A stretch of 26,508 nucleotides of DNA from a bacterium (GTDB lineage Bacteria > Fidelibacterota > Marinisomatia > Marinisomatales > UBA1611): NCBI GenBank assembly GCA_038127595.1, contig JAYPIC010000007.1, positions 22,113 through 48,620 of the forward strand. Reading direction: 5' to 3'. The first letter of the stretch is position 1; each line of letters begins with the position of its first letter. Below the pieces are notes generated by a model, which was given only the letters and a program-made list of their open reading frames with translations, searched no databases and was not told the origin of the DNA. The position numbers were made by a program, and so were the translations under genes. Shown here piece after piece: positions 16,974 through 25,827 of the stretch.

Positions 16974-19900
16974 TTACTTTAAAAGCATAACCTTCTGTGT
17001 CAGCCTTTTAGAACCATTTACTAAATGGATGAAATACATTCCTGATGATGCCCCTGAAGCATCCCACTCTAGTTGATTTAAGCCCGCCATGTAGACCTTC
17101 GGTGAAAAACTTTTTACAAGCTTACCATTAATATCATATATTTCTAGTGACACTAAGGATTGCGATCCTATAGAAAACGGAATACTTGTTTTCGGATTAA
17201 AGGGGTTAGGATAAGCAGATAATAAACTAAAATCGTTTACGATTATTTCATCGTTATCTATAGCAACAGTGGATAATATATCACTGTCATAGGCTACCAG
17301 CAGCTGATATTGGTCACCAAACTGACTACCTACTCCAGTAAAACTGCCAGAAAATCCAGGTATCAAATTAGATACATTCACTTCTGTTGTGCTCCAAATC
17401 ATAACATTAGTGACATCATCAATTGTAAGGTTTATGCCATCTGTTTGATTTACTAAAGTAGTATCTGTTATTGATCCAGAAATAGATACCAAAGTACCTT
17501 CATAATTAGCAGAATTTGCTTCCGCTGCAGATATGGCCACAGCTTCAGGCAGTGTGTTATTTGTTGATAACACTCTGTATTCAAAATCGGTCATTTGGTA
17601 TGTAGTAAAATAATAACCTGCATAGCCAACTACCTCAACCTCACTCCCTCGCTCAAGATCTGTGATTTGGTCATAGTCAAATAATTGTAAGCCCCTGCCT
17701 GATTCATCTTGAACATACGCTTTTGTAAAACTTGGGTGTAAAAGCCCAGAACCGCCAATTGTTACTATACCTTTGATAGTTACAATTTGATCTGCCGTTT
17801 GATTTGTATACAAATCAGATATAGAAGTTGGTGTTGAATTTGCTATCATGCGTTCTTGAATGACCGATTGCCCTGAGGTCCCCTCACTATTTGTAGCAAC
17901 AACTTGCATTTGTAAAACGATATTACCATCTTGGGCTGGTATATTTCCTGCCCATGTGTCTCCGCCCTCTAAATAAAGTTCAGATTCATTAAGAAGCTGG
18001 CCATTTGTACCATATTTAACAACAGCACTTGTTATAGAACCAACAGGGGTTGTAACTAAAGCAGTAAACTCAATCTCTGTTGAAGAGGTAATAAATGCCG
18101 GATAAATAGAATTAAATGAAACAATTGGAGCATCGACAGATTGCGTATGCACACCTAAGTAATCCCATGTGTTTTGATCATAAACAATCCATTCTGATGA
18201 TGCCGCATCAGTTCCTGAAGAGGAAGCCCAATCAGAATTTCCTTGCTCAACTGAACCTTTTCTAACAAGGGTATGGTCTTTCGTGGCAGCCGTAACTCCA
18301 GCGACATCCCAGCCATCACCTGGGTCTGGACCTCTATCTCCAATTATATCAATAATTTGACCAGTAGATGCATTTACGATCCCAAATGCATCATCGCCAT
18401 TACTAAGATATAAAAACCCTGTGTAATCAGCTTGAGCTAAAATAGCAGCATCAGCGCTTGGGTGTGCTATCACATAAACATCGCCTGCAGATACAACTGT
18501 ACCCCCTTCGAAAGTAATGTTTTCTGGATAATCCCAAGATGTATTGTCTCCACAACCATTTGAACAACTTGCAATCACATATTGAGATAGGTCGATATCA
18601 GAGCCAGAACCATTATAAATTTCTAAATACTTATTATTCGAACTACCTTCAGCATATTCGCTGAAAAATATTTGGTTTGACACTCCCTGAGCAGTCTTAA
18701 CATATACGGTAGATGAAGATGAAGCTCCTTCATTATCAGTTACAGTCAATGTAAATGAAAGACTATCTACTACAGCTGGGGCCGTGAAAGTAACTTCAGG
18801 CTGGTTTGTTGAGCTGAGCGCAACTGTTGATCCTGCAGTTTGAGTCCAAAGAAAATCCTCTATTGTACCATCTGGATCAACACTTGATGAACCATCTAAC
18901 GTAACTAATGATTCAAACTCTACAGTTTGATTTGTTCCTGCACTTGCCACTGGGCTCATATTCTCGCCACCAGTTCCATAAGTGTGAAACCCAAGATAAT
19001 CCCAAGTCTCATTATCAAAGACTATCCACTCTGAATTATTAGCATCGGTGCCTGAGGATGCTACCCAGTCAGGGTTGCCCTCAGTTACAGTTGCTTTTCT
19101 AACTAAAGTATGATTGACCGTCGCACCCGATACGCCAGCAACATCCCATCCACTAGAACCGGGATCTCCAAGCCAATCTCCCACACAATCTATTACAGTG
19201 TAATCACTTTCAGTACCTTCGACAATACAATAACCATCATTACCATTACTTAAATAAGTATGCGTCATGTCTGCTTGAGCTAAAATAGTTCCATCTGCGC
19301 TAGGATGTGCAATCACAAAAACATCGCCGGGAGCAATTTGAGAGCCAGAATCAAATTCATTCCAATATTCATACTGACCAGGAACGTCCACAGCATTTGC
19401 CGCACTTGCAAAAGCAAAACCACTTAAATCAATTGTACTTTCAGTTGGGTTATAGATTTCCAAATACTTATTGTTGGAATTACCTTCAGCGTATTCACTA
19501 AAAAATAAATTTGTCGTTTGAGGCGTTGATGCAGGCAATGTCACGGCACTAGTATAAATATCATCTCCTCCATTACCAGATGTACCTCCAGTAGCAAGAC
19601 CTGATACAGAAAAAGTGATATCACCAACATCAGATGATGGGGCAAGCCATTCGATTATCCATTCTCCAGAAACTGTTCTAGTACTGTGTTGGACACGATT
19701 GCCATTCAATTCAGCATTTTCTGAGGCTGAACTTAGAGAAAAAGTTCCAGCATTGTCATTTCCAACTTGAGAAGCCATTTGAAAACCATAACCTCTTTCA
19801 TTAGAACCACTAACACTAACAGTTAGTGTGTAAGATTCACCTGGAATGTATCCACCGCTAGGCAAGCCTAAAACAGATGCGCTACCTCCTCCAGAATTAA

Positions 19901-20048
19901 CAGAACCATAATGACATTGAGTGCAATTGTTATAACTAGGAGCATTATTTGCAACATTACCTGATGGCCCTCCAGAGTTTGATAGAGAAATACATATTAA
20001 TGATAGATAAATGATTATAAAGTAAAAATAATGTTTTAAAGATGACAT
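16974..20048 (-). CDS. Secreted multidomain protein: Reeler-like (choice-of-anchor V) + 2 lamin-tail domains + PKD-like + Ig-like + tandem OB folds + T9SS type A sorting domain
   Basis: CTQCH…YIPGESYTLTV…GFQM Reeler-like domain; FFSEYAEGxSNNKYLEIYN occurs twice; PKD-like segment AGTNQTV…LDGSSSVDPDG…WTQTAG; OB fold YVQDESGRGL; CTD AYPNPFNP…IYDINGKLV…SSGMYF…KVMLLK. Confidence 0.85.
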   Translation of the reverse strand: MSSLKHYFYFIIIYLSLICISLSNSGGPSGNVANNAPSYNNCTQCHYGSVNSGGGSASVLGLPSGGYIPGESYTLTVSVSGSNERGYGFQMASQVGNDNAGTFSLSSASENAELNGNRVQHSTRTVSGEWIIEWLAPSSDVGDITFSVSGLATGGTSGNGGDDIYTSAVTLPASTPQTTNLFFSEYAEGNSNNKYLEIYNPTESTIDLSGFAFASAANAVDVPGQYEYWNEFDSGSQIAPGDVFVIAHPSADGTILAQADMTHTYLSNGNDGYCIVEGTESDYTVIDCVGDWLGDPGSSGWDVAGVSGATVNHTLVRKATVTEGNPDWVASSGTDANNSEWIVFDNETWDYLGFHTYGTGGENMSPVASAGTNQTVEFESLVTLDGSSSVDPDGTIEDFLWTQTAGSTVALSSTNQPEVTFTAPAVVDSLSFTLTVTDNEGASSSSTVYVKTAQGVSNQIFFSEYAEGSSNNKYLEIYNGSGSDIDLSQYVIASCSNGCGDNTSWDYPENITFEGGTVVSAGDVYVIAHPSADAAILAQADYTGFLYLSNGDDAFGIVNASTGQIIDIIGDRGPDPGDGWDVAGVTAATKDHTLVRKGSVEQGNSDWASSSGTDAASSEWIVYDQNTWDYLGVHTQSVDAPIVSFNSIYPAFITSSTEIEFTALVTTPVGSITSAVVKYGTNGQLLNESELYLEGGDTWAGNIPAQDGNIVLQMQVVATNSEGTSGQSVIQERMIANSTPTSISDLYTNQTADQIVTIKGIVTIGGSGLLHPSFTKAYVQDESGRGLQLFDYDQITDLERGSEVEVVGYAGYYFTTYQMTDFEYRVLSTNNTLPEAVAISAAEANSANYEGTLVSISGSITDTTLVNQTDGINLTIDDVTNVMIWSTTEVNVSNLIPGFSGSFTGVGSQFGDQYQLLVAYDSDILSTVAIDNDEIIVNDFSLLSAYPNPFNPKTSIPFSIGSQSLVSLEIYDINGKLVKSFSPKVYMAGLNQLEWDASGASSGMYFIHLVNGSKRLTQKVMLLK
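18141..19510 (-). repeat. Internal duplication of an ~178-aa extended lamin-tail module (copies ~18978-19510 and ~18141-18675) flanking a PKD-like domain
   Basis: Shared blocks FFSEYAEG.SNNKYLEIYN, GDV.VIAHPSAD..ILAQAD, YLSNG.D, GWDVAGV..AT..HTLVRK..V..GN.DW..SSGTDA..SEWIV.D..TWDYLG.HT. Confidence 0.9.
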
Positions 20049-20051
20049 AAT

Positions 20052-20059
20052 AACTCCGT
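20052..20059 (-). promoter_or_regulatory. Shine-Dalgarno-like ribosome-binding site for the 1024-aa cargo gene
   Basis: The minus strand reads ACGGAGTTATT-ATG, placing GGAG 5 nt upstream of the start codon at 20048. Confidence 0.55.
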
Positions 20060-20069
20060 TAATGTTGAA

Positions 20070-21050
20070 TTAAGATTCTATATACACTTCCACTTGACCA
20101 ATTTTTTTATCTCGGCAATTTTTTCTTTCTCTAGTTTTAAATTCTTTTAAATTAGAAAGTTCTTCTTTTGTTAAAAGGTCTAAGTGCTCAAGTAAAGTAA
20201 ATACCCCTGTCGGCATTGCTCTTGGACTACCATCAAGAACCTTGAGAGCTATTCCGAGATTTTTTCCATCTCGATTTTTAAGAGCTATTCCTCTAATTGA
20301 TTCACCGCCACCCTTCGTAACAGCATTGCCATTTAAAGCAGTAATGAATTTAGTATCAAAATGACCTTTACCCGCTACATTATATGGATGCGATATCATC
20401 GCATTAAAAACGCTAACTAACTCGGGATATTCATTTGTTGATAACTTTTGAAACATTTTTGCAATGGTTTCAAGCGTGAAAAAAGCCGTCGGTGCCGAAC
20501 AACCATCTACCTCCATCGGTATGTCTTTGATCTCAGAGTACTCTTGCAAAGCTGCGTAGATTGTTTTTTGAGCAATGTGATCGGGGCTTATATAATTCTT
20601 TGAATCTTTCGATAAATATTTTGCTAATGCCAACATTCCGGCATGTTTACCGCTACAATTATTATGAAATGAAGTCAACTTGCCTTCATTCTTAATTAAT
20701 TCATGCCTAGATGAAACATCTGCAGGAGCATGAATTCCACATTCATAATCTTCTACAGTACAACCTATTTTAGTTAGCATTGATTTTGCAGTTTTAACAT
20801 GAATAGCCTCTCCAAGGTGAGACGCGCACATCAACGCAATTTCACTTTCATCAAACCCTGCAGCCTTAATCGCACCTGATTTAATTGCGGCAGCTGCTTG
20901 AAATGGTTTTGCTGACGATCTTATGCACGTTAGATAATTTGGGTCTCCCGTGGAGAAAACAATATGTCCTGAATCATCAACTACGGTAGCAAAAATTACA
21001 TGTATGCTCTCAGTTAAATCGCCCCTTGTTACTCTACAAAGAATCGGCAT
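20070..21050 (-). CDS. L-asparaginase II (Rhizobium etli-type, class 3)
   Basis: RGDLTESIH, RSSAKPFQA, CASHLGE, NNCSGKHAGML, DGCSAP, KGGGE and ALKVLDG are the class 3 asparaginase motifs. Confidence 0.92.
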   Translation of the reverse strand: MPILCRVTRGDLTESIHVIFATVVDDSGHIVFSTGDPNYLTCIRSSAKPFQAAAAIKSGAIKAAGFDESEIALMCASHLGEAIHVKTAKSMLTKIGCTVEDYECGIHAPADVSSRHELIKNEGKLTSFHNNCSGKHAGMLALAKYLSKDSKNYISPDHIAQKTIYAALQEYSEIKDIPMEVDGCSAPTAFFTLETIAKMFQKLSTNEYPELVSVFNAMISHPYNVAGKGHFDTKFITALNGNAVTKGGGESIRGIALKNRDGKNLGIALKVLDGSPRAMPTGVFTLLEHLDLLTKEELSNLKEFKTRERKNCRDKKIGQVEVYIES

Positions 21051-21055
21051 ATAGA

Positions 21056-21925
21056 TTAATACACTAACCTAGATACAAACTCAAAGCGGAAACCTTTTTT
21101 TTGAAGATCGGGTATTTCTCTTTGTAGTACCGCCAAAGTTTGAGGCTTCACATGACCTATCCCAATCGCAATTCCTTTTCGCTCTGCTACATCAGCTAAT
21201 TTTAACATCTGAGTCCTTATTTTTTCTTCGTCAAGATCATTATCTAAGAAAATGTCTCTTTTATTAGTAGGCACACCATATTTTCGCATAGTGGATTCTG
21301 CTACGGAGTTTCTAGTAGTCCTGCTATCAACAAAAAATTTTTTGTTTGCCTTTATCTCATGCGCTAAAATTGTCATAATCCTTACATCGGCTGTCCCTCG
21401 TGAACCCTGATGGTTATTTAAACCTACAGCCTCAGGTAAATGAGAAAATGATTTATTAATTCTTTCTTTTATTTCGTCTTCTTGAAAATAAGACATGAGC
21501 ACATATTCCTCTTCACCATATGTTTTGCCAATATTCTCCATAGGCATGTGAACAACTATTTCATATCCAGCATCATAAGCCTTTTTTGAAAAAGACTGAC
21601 TGTAGTCATGCCCTGGAATTATTGCATAGGTTAAATTGCCAGGCAATTCAAGAAATCCATTAGAAATGTGATCGTTTCGATATCCAAAATCATCAATGAT
21701 AAGGGCTATAACACCTCGCATTGGAGAAACAATATTATCTTGAGGGTCTTCTTTGATTGGCTCTTCTTTTTCCAGGGAGTCTAATACTATCTCAATTTCG
21801 TCTTCTGGCAAGACTCCATTTTCAAGGTCTGACAGATGATCTTTCTGCTTTTTCAAAACAATGAGTAATACTACAACGAAGAGAGTTAGTACATAGATTA
21901 TTAGAGTTTTATAATCTTGCTGCAT
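21056..21925 (-). CDS. Divergent polysaccharide deacetylase family protein (YibQ-like), N-terminal membrane anchor
   Basis: IALIIDDFG, VHMPME, NNHQGS, FFVDSRT, RDIFLDND, IGIGH. Confidence 0.92.
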   Translation of the reverse strand: MQQDYKTLIIYVLTLFVVVLLIVLKKQKDHLSDLENGVLPEDEIEIVLDSLEKEEPIKEDPQDNIVSPMRGVIALIIDDFGYRNDHISNGFLELPGNLTYAIIPGHDYSQSFSKKAYDAGYEIVVHMPMENIGKTYGEEEYVLMSYFQEDEIKERINKSFSHLPEAVGLNNHQGSRGTADVRIMTILAHEIKANKKFFVDSRTTRNSVAESTMRKYGVPTNKRDIFLDNDLDEEKIRTQMLKLADVAERKGIAIGIGHVKPQTLAVLQREIPDLQKKGFRFEFVSRLVY

Positions 21926-22803
21926 TAAAGCATCCTGTAGTTAATGCTGAAAATTTTAGGTTCACCAATTTCTTGAGAGCCAAATCTTGTTGCATAGATT
22001 ACCTTAAAACGACCATATTTGAGTCCACCGCCAACAGAAAACTCTGCATCGAATTTGGTGATTGAATATCCAGCCAAAAAGTTTAATTGACCCCATTGCA
22101 TATCAGCGCCAATTTTAAATTTCATCGGCAGTTCTTTTGTGAAATATTCAGTAGTGAGGTATATATTATTTTTTAGTCTATATAGATCTACTTGTTTAGA
22201 TATGCCCGCTACGATCGAAATAGGCAACTCAGGCCTGTCTTGATAAAATTTTGACATATACCCTAGATTAAGAACTGAGACGCCTAACCCAAAATCATGG
22301 CTTAGAAGCCTGGAATAACCGATATCCATTGAAAAACCATCAGCTTTTTGGTCATATATACCCAATGATAAATAACTAAGCATCATACCAAAATTTCCAA
22401 ATTTATTACCTCTTGAAACTCCTACTCCTAATTGAAAAGCATACGCAGAAAATTTAGAAATCGGATTATCAGATGGAAAATTATCTCTAAGCTCTAGATC
22501 AGTCACATCCGCATGTCTAATGAAAAACCTGTTATTATAATTACCAGATCTTTGAATATAGTTTAATCCTGCTAGGTTTATATTACCAAACCAACTGCCT
22601 GAGTTTATATGAAACATAGGACTATCATTTCTCTGTTCAATGAGAGCGGGGTTTACACTTTCCGACCCCCCTAGTGAAGGATGCCGCCCCAATGCCATTG
22701 CACTAGCACTCTCAGGAAATAATAAAAAGTTTGTCCCTAATGAAAATGCAACTGAGCAAAAATTAAGAGCTACTATGAAAAAAGTTTTAAAAATTAAACG
22801 CAT
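21925..22803 (-). CDS. PorV/PorQ-like outer-membrane barrel
   Basis: Signal peptide; FLLFPESASAMALG…VNPA; DIGYSR…LGVSVLNLG…LPISIVAG; amphipathic C-terminal strands. Confidence 0.7.
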   Translation of the reverse strand: MRLIFKTFFIVALNFCSVAFSLGTNFLLFPESASAMALGRHPSLGGSESVNPALIEQRNDSPMFHINSGSWFGNINLAGLNYIQRSGNYNNRFFIRHADVTDLELRDNFPSDNPISKFSAYAFQLGVGVSRGNKFGNFGMMLSYLSLGIYDQKADGFSMDIGYSRLLSHDFGLGVSVLNLGYMSKFYQDRPELPISIVAGISKQVDLYRLKNNIYLTTEYFTKELPMKFKIGADMQWGQLNFLAGYSITKFDAEFSVGGGLKYGRFKVIYATRFGSQEIGEPKIFSINYRML

Positions 22804-23734
22804 AAGAAAATGTATGTGCTAATTGAGATGCCCAATCCATTGAAAATGTATAATCAATACGTGAATCGTGGTCTTTTATTAAGTCATATTCTAAACCCCA
22901 ACCAAAAGCAATACGACCATTACCTAAGCCCCCTCTAAAATAATATAAATCTTGGTAAGTATATTCGACACCTAGTCGCGGAAGCAAATTAACAAAAATA
23001 TCTTCAGATTCTTTTTTGCCTATTCTGTAGTTTGTTATAAAACCCCCATCTGCTACTACCCGTATATTTTTATAATTAAACTTCGTCCCAAACCTATATA
23101 TCGTTGGAAAATACTCACTATATATTCTGCCTTCAGCATACAAATCTCCTGAGTCCCAATTATACATTGAGTTAATGTCTTGTATCATAAGACCAAACGT
23201 GGTTGATTTTCCTGATTTAAAAAGTAAACCTACATCAAAACCGATACCACTGCCTTTGTAAGATTCATTAACGGGAAGTTGATTCTGAAGTATCTTTATA
23301 TTTACACCAAAAGAGAACCACGGTAAAATTCGTTGAGCGAAAGAGATCATCAAGGCATCTTCGCTAGTTTGCATCATTGTCGTCTTTTCACCAGCACTGT
23401 TCCTACCTTGGATGTCTGTTACCCCAGCACTAACCCATGCAATTCCTAGTCCCGCTGTAGGGGGCAAAGGCGTAGCAAAACTAAGGCCAGACAACCTCCT
23501 GTCTAAAGACATACTTGAATATGAGAGGCCTACTTGCCTATCAATCAAAAAAGATGCCCATGCAGGGTTATAAAATGTTGAGAACCCATGATCTTTCTCT
23601 GCAGTAAATGCTCCTCCCATAGCAATTGATCTTGCTGTAATACCTAGTCTCATGAAACTACCAGATAAACCGGCATAATCCTCTGCAAAAATACCTGAAA
23701 TAAGCAATGATATTACAATTAATGACTTTTTCAT
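22787..23734 (-). CDS. PorV/PorQ-like outer-membrane barrel
   Basis: Likely start is MKKSLIV at 23734 (ATGA overlap). FMRLGITARSIAMGGAFTA…FYNPA, GIGFDVGLL and terminal FSYAFNF. Confidence 0.78.
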   Translation of the reverse strand: MKKSLIVISLLISGIFAEDYAGLSGSFMRLGITARSIAMGGAFTAEKDHGFSTFYNPAWASFLIDRQVGLSYSSMSLDRRLSGLSFATPLPPTAGLGIAWVSAGVTDIQGRNSAGEKTTMMQTSEDALMISFAQRILPWFSFGVNIKILQNQLPVNESYKGSGIGFDVGLLFKSGKSTTFGLMIQDINSMYNWDSGDLYAEGRIYSEYFPTIYRFGTKFNYKNIRVVADGGFITNYRIGKKESEDIFVNLLPRLGVEYTYQDLYYFRGGLGNGRIAFGWGLEYDLIKDHDSRIDYTFSMDWASQLAHTFSYAFNF

Positions 23735-25827
23735 TTCACAACGATCAGTTTTGTCCAATTATCTCCCGGAGATTGATTACTAGAACTAGCATAATTAATT
23801 CGTATGAAGTAAACCCCATTTGCCACATGGTTCCCTAACATATCGCGCCCATCCCACTTTAATGCACCATAATATGAATTAAGATTATAATTTTTTGAAT
23901 GGACCTTCTCCATCGCAAAATTAAATATATCTATTTTTACCTCTTTATTATAAATATTACCAATGTGAAAGCGAACATATCCGTCATTATCCAGCATGTT
24001 GTGGGTCATAGGTGAAAATGGATTTGGGTAAGCATAAACCTCATTAGGGTCATGATTTGATTGATAAATTTGCCAATTATTTCCTTGAGTATCTTGAGCT
24101 AGCCCAACCCCATCTGGCGTTCCTATCCAAAGTTTTGGTATTGAATCTCTATCATCAATTTTTGCAGCATAAACAACATTAGTAAGTATCTGTCGCTGAT
24201 TAAGCATACTTTGCTCAATGGCTGGATCAAGTTTAGCCCAGTTTTCTCCATCCAAACTTTTCCAAAGACCAGAAGATGTTGAAACAAAAACTAGAGAATC
24301 TTTTGACTCAATATTGTATACTCTTTCCCCAATGAGTGCTGTTTTCCAAGAAACCCCGTCATCTCTCGAGTAACTTAATCCTTGCATTTCTCCTACTTCT
24401 CCTGTACCTACAGTAGCAGCCCAGATTGTTGTTTGCCCATTCCAATCTTGTTTCCCTAGAGCTACCACAAAATTTCCAGATATTCCGTTTGTTGGATATT
24501 TGTAATGATCCCACTCAATGCAACTTAATATTTCAAACTCATTTTCAGATATTTGTGTTATTTCTTCCACAATCCTACCTTTATTTATCCCATTTGCTGT
24601 ACCAACCCAAATTCTATCATCATATGCTAACACTGAAAATGCTTTATGATTATGGTTTCCACCATCTCCAGGGTCACGGGGATTTAGATAATAATCTTTT
24701 AGAACGGGGATTGATTCGCCTGTAATCTTCGACACAGTATCTATGTAAGCACTATCTTGGCAAGTAGATAACTGTGATTGCCAGTCCATTGGCATGGGAA
24801 CATTCTGCGGTTTCCTTAAATTAATAGACAAATCATACCTTCTAAGGCCTCCAGCCCAACTTGCTACGTATAAATATTTACCTGAAATTGACGCATCATA
24901 AGTGACATTAGCTTGAGGTACAGTAACAGGTAGCTGCCAAAAATACCCCTCCCCAAATGGCACCTCAATATCAAGCTCATTATCAACCGGTTGTGGAAGA
25001 TATTTCCACTGTACTGCTTTAGTTGCTTTTGTTATGCTTAATTTGACCGATTCATTATCTAAAAACCCTATATCAGAAATATTACTATATGTGATTGAGC
25101 CAGGAGTTATTAATAACTGAATTTGTCCGGCACTGAAATCTGAAACCGACTGTACAGTAAAACTCAGCACTTTAGAAAGATCACTGTTAGTTACTTTTAT
25201 TACTGTGTTTGTTTGCACACTATCTTTTATTGATATTTTATCCAGTTCATTTAATGGACTTATAACTAAAAAACTTCCTGAATAACCTGATCCAGGCTGA
25301 TATCCACTGTCAAAGCCAAAGTAAACTCCATTGGAGATATCGGAACCTGAACTATCCCAAGAAAAAGTAAAAGACATTATCTCACTAGGCTCTGTTTCAT
25401 ACCAATCTTTTGCCTTTGGGGTGAAAGCTAAACCAAGTCCAATTGGAGTATCATTGTCATCCCCTGCAAAAGCAACTAATAGAGTATCATTAGCGGTTGC
25501 TATTGCCGAAACTCCGCCTGCAGGTAAAACATTTGTTATTGAGCTTGGGTTGCTAAAAATATCAACAATAGAATCATTGGTAGACTGATATGTATATGAG
25601 CTCTGTCCATCATGCATTGATAAACCTCTTCCGGTACCAAACCAGGTTAGAGAATCACTCATAAGTTTAATTTCTGCAACAACGTTGCTGTTAAACCCAT
25701 CTTGAAAAAATGAAATCTCACCATCAGATGCTGATTTTAAACTAAACCTATGAGGGCTTGAGTATTGACCAAGCCCCATAGAAATAAGCAAGATATGATA
25801 AACGATTTTATTGTATGACAACTTCAT
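23731..25827 (-). CDS. PorZ-like beta-propeller protein with T9SS/FlgD-Ig C-terminal domain
   Basis: Propeller motifs TWFGTGRGLS, IWVGTANGIN, ISGNFVVAL and LWIGTPDGV; Asp-boxes SRDDGVSW and SLDGENW; CTD YAYPNPF…WDGRD…ANGVYF…KLIVVK. Confidence 0.72.
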   Translation of the reverse strand: MKLSYNKIVYHILLISMGLGQYSSPHRFSLKSASDGEISFFQDGFNSNVVAEIKLMSDSLTWFGTGRGLSMHDGQSSYTYQSTNDSIVDIFSNPSSITNVLPAGGVSAIATANDTLLVAFAGDDNDTPIGLGLAFTPKAKDWYETEPSEIMSFTFSWDSSGSDISNGVYFGFDSGYQPGSGYSGSFLVISPLNELDKISIKDSVQTNTVIKVTNSDLSKVLSFTVQSVSDFSAGQIQLLITPGSITYSNISDIGFLDNESVKLSITKATKAVQWKYLPQPVDNELDIEVPFGEGYFWQLPVTVPQANVTYDASISGKYLYVASWAGGLRRYDLSINLRKPQNVPMPMDWQSQLSTCQDSAYIDTVSKITGESIPVLKDYYLNPRDPGDGGNHNHKAFSVLAYDDRIWVGTANGINKGRIVEEITQISENEFEILSCIEWDHYKYPTNGISGNFVVALGKQDWNGQTTIWAATVGTGEVGEMQGLSYSRDDGVSWKTALIGERVYNIESKDSLVFVSTSSGLWKSLDGENWAKLDPAIEQSMLNQRQILTNVVYAAKIDDRDSIPKLWIGTPDGVGLAQDTQGNNWQIYQSNHDPNEVYAYPNPFSPMTHNMLDNDGYVRFHIGNIYNKEVKIDIFNFAMEKVHSKNYNLNSYYGALKWDGRDMLGNHVANGVYFIRINYASSSNQSPGDNWTKLIVVK

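Noticed and set aside
20070..21925. Asparaginase and deacetylase as parts of the DNA locus
   Set aside because: They have no nucleic-acid-related domains; adjacency is the only link.
7464..23758. Longer ORF-track starts at 7478, 14956 and 23758
   Set aside because: The downstream ATGs (7463, 14935, 23734) give clean signal peptides and stop/start coupling.
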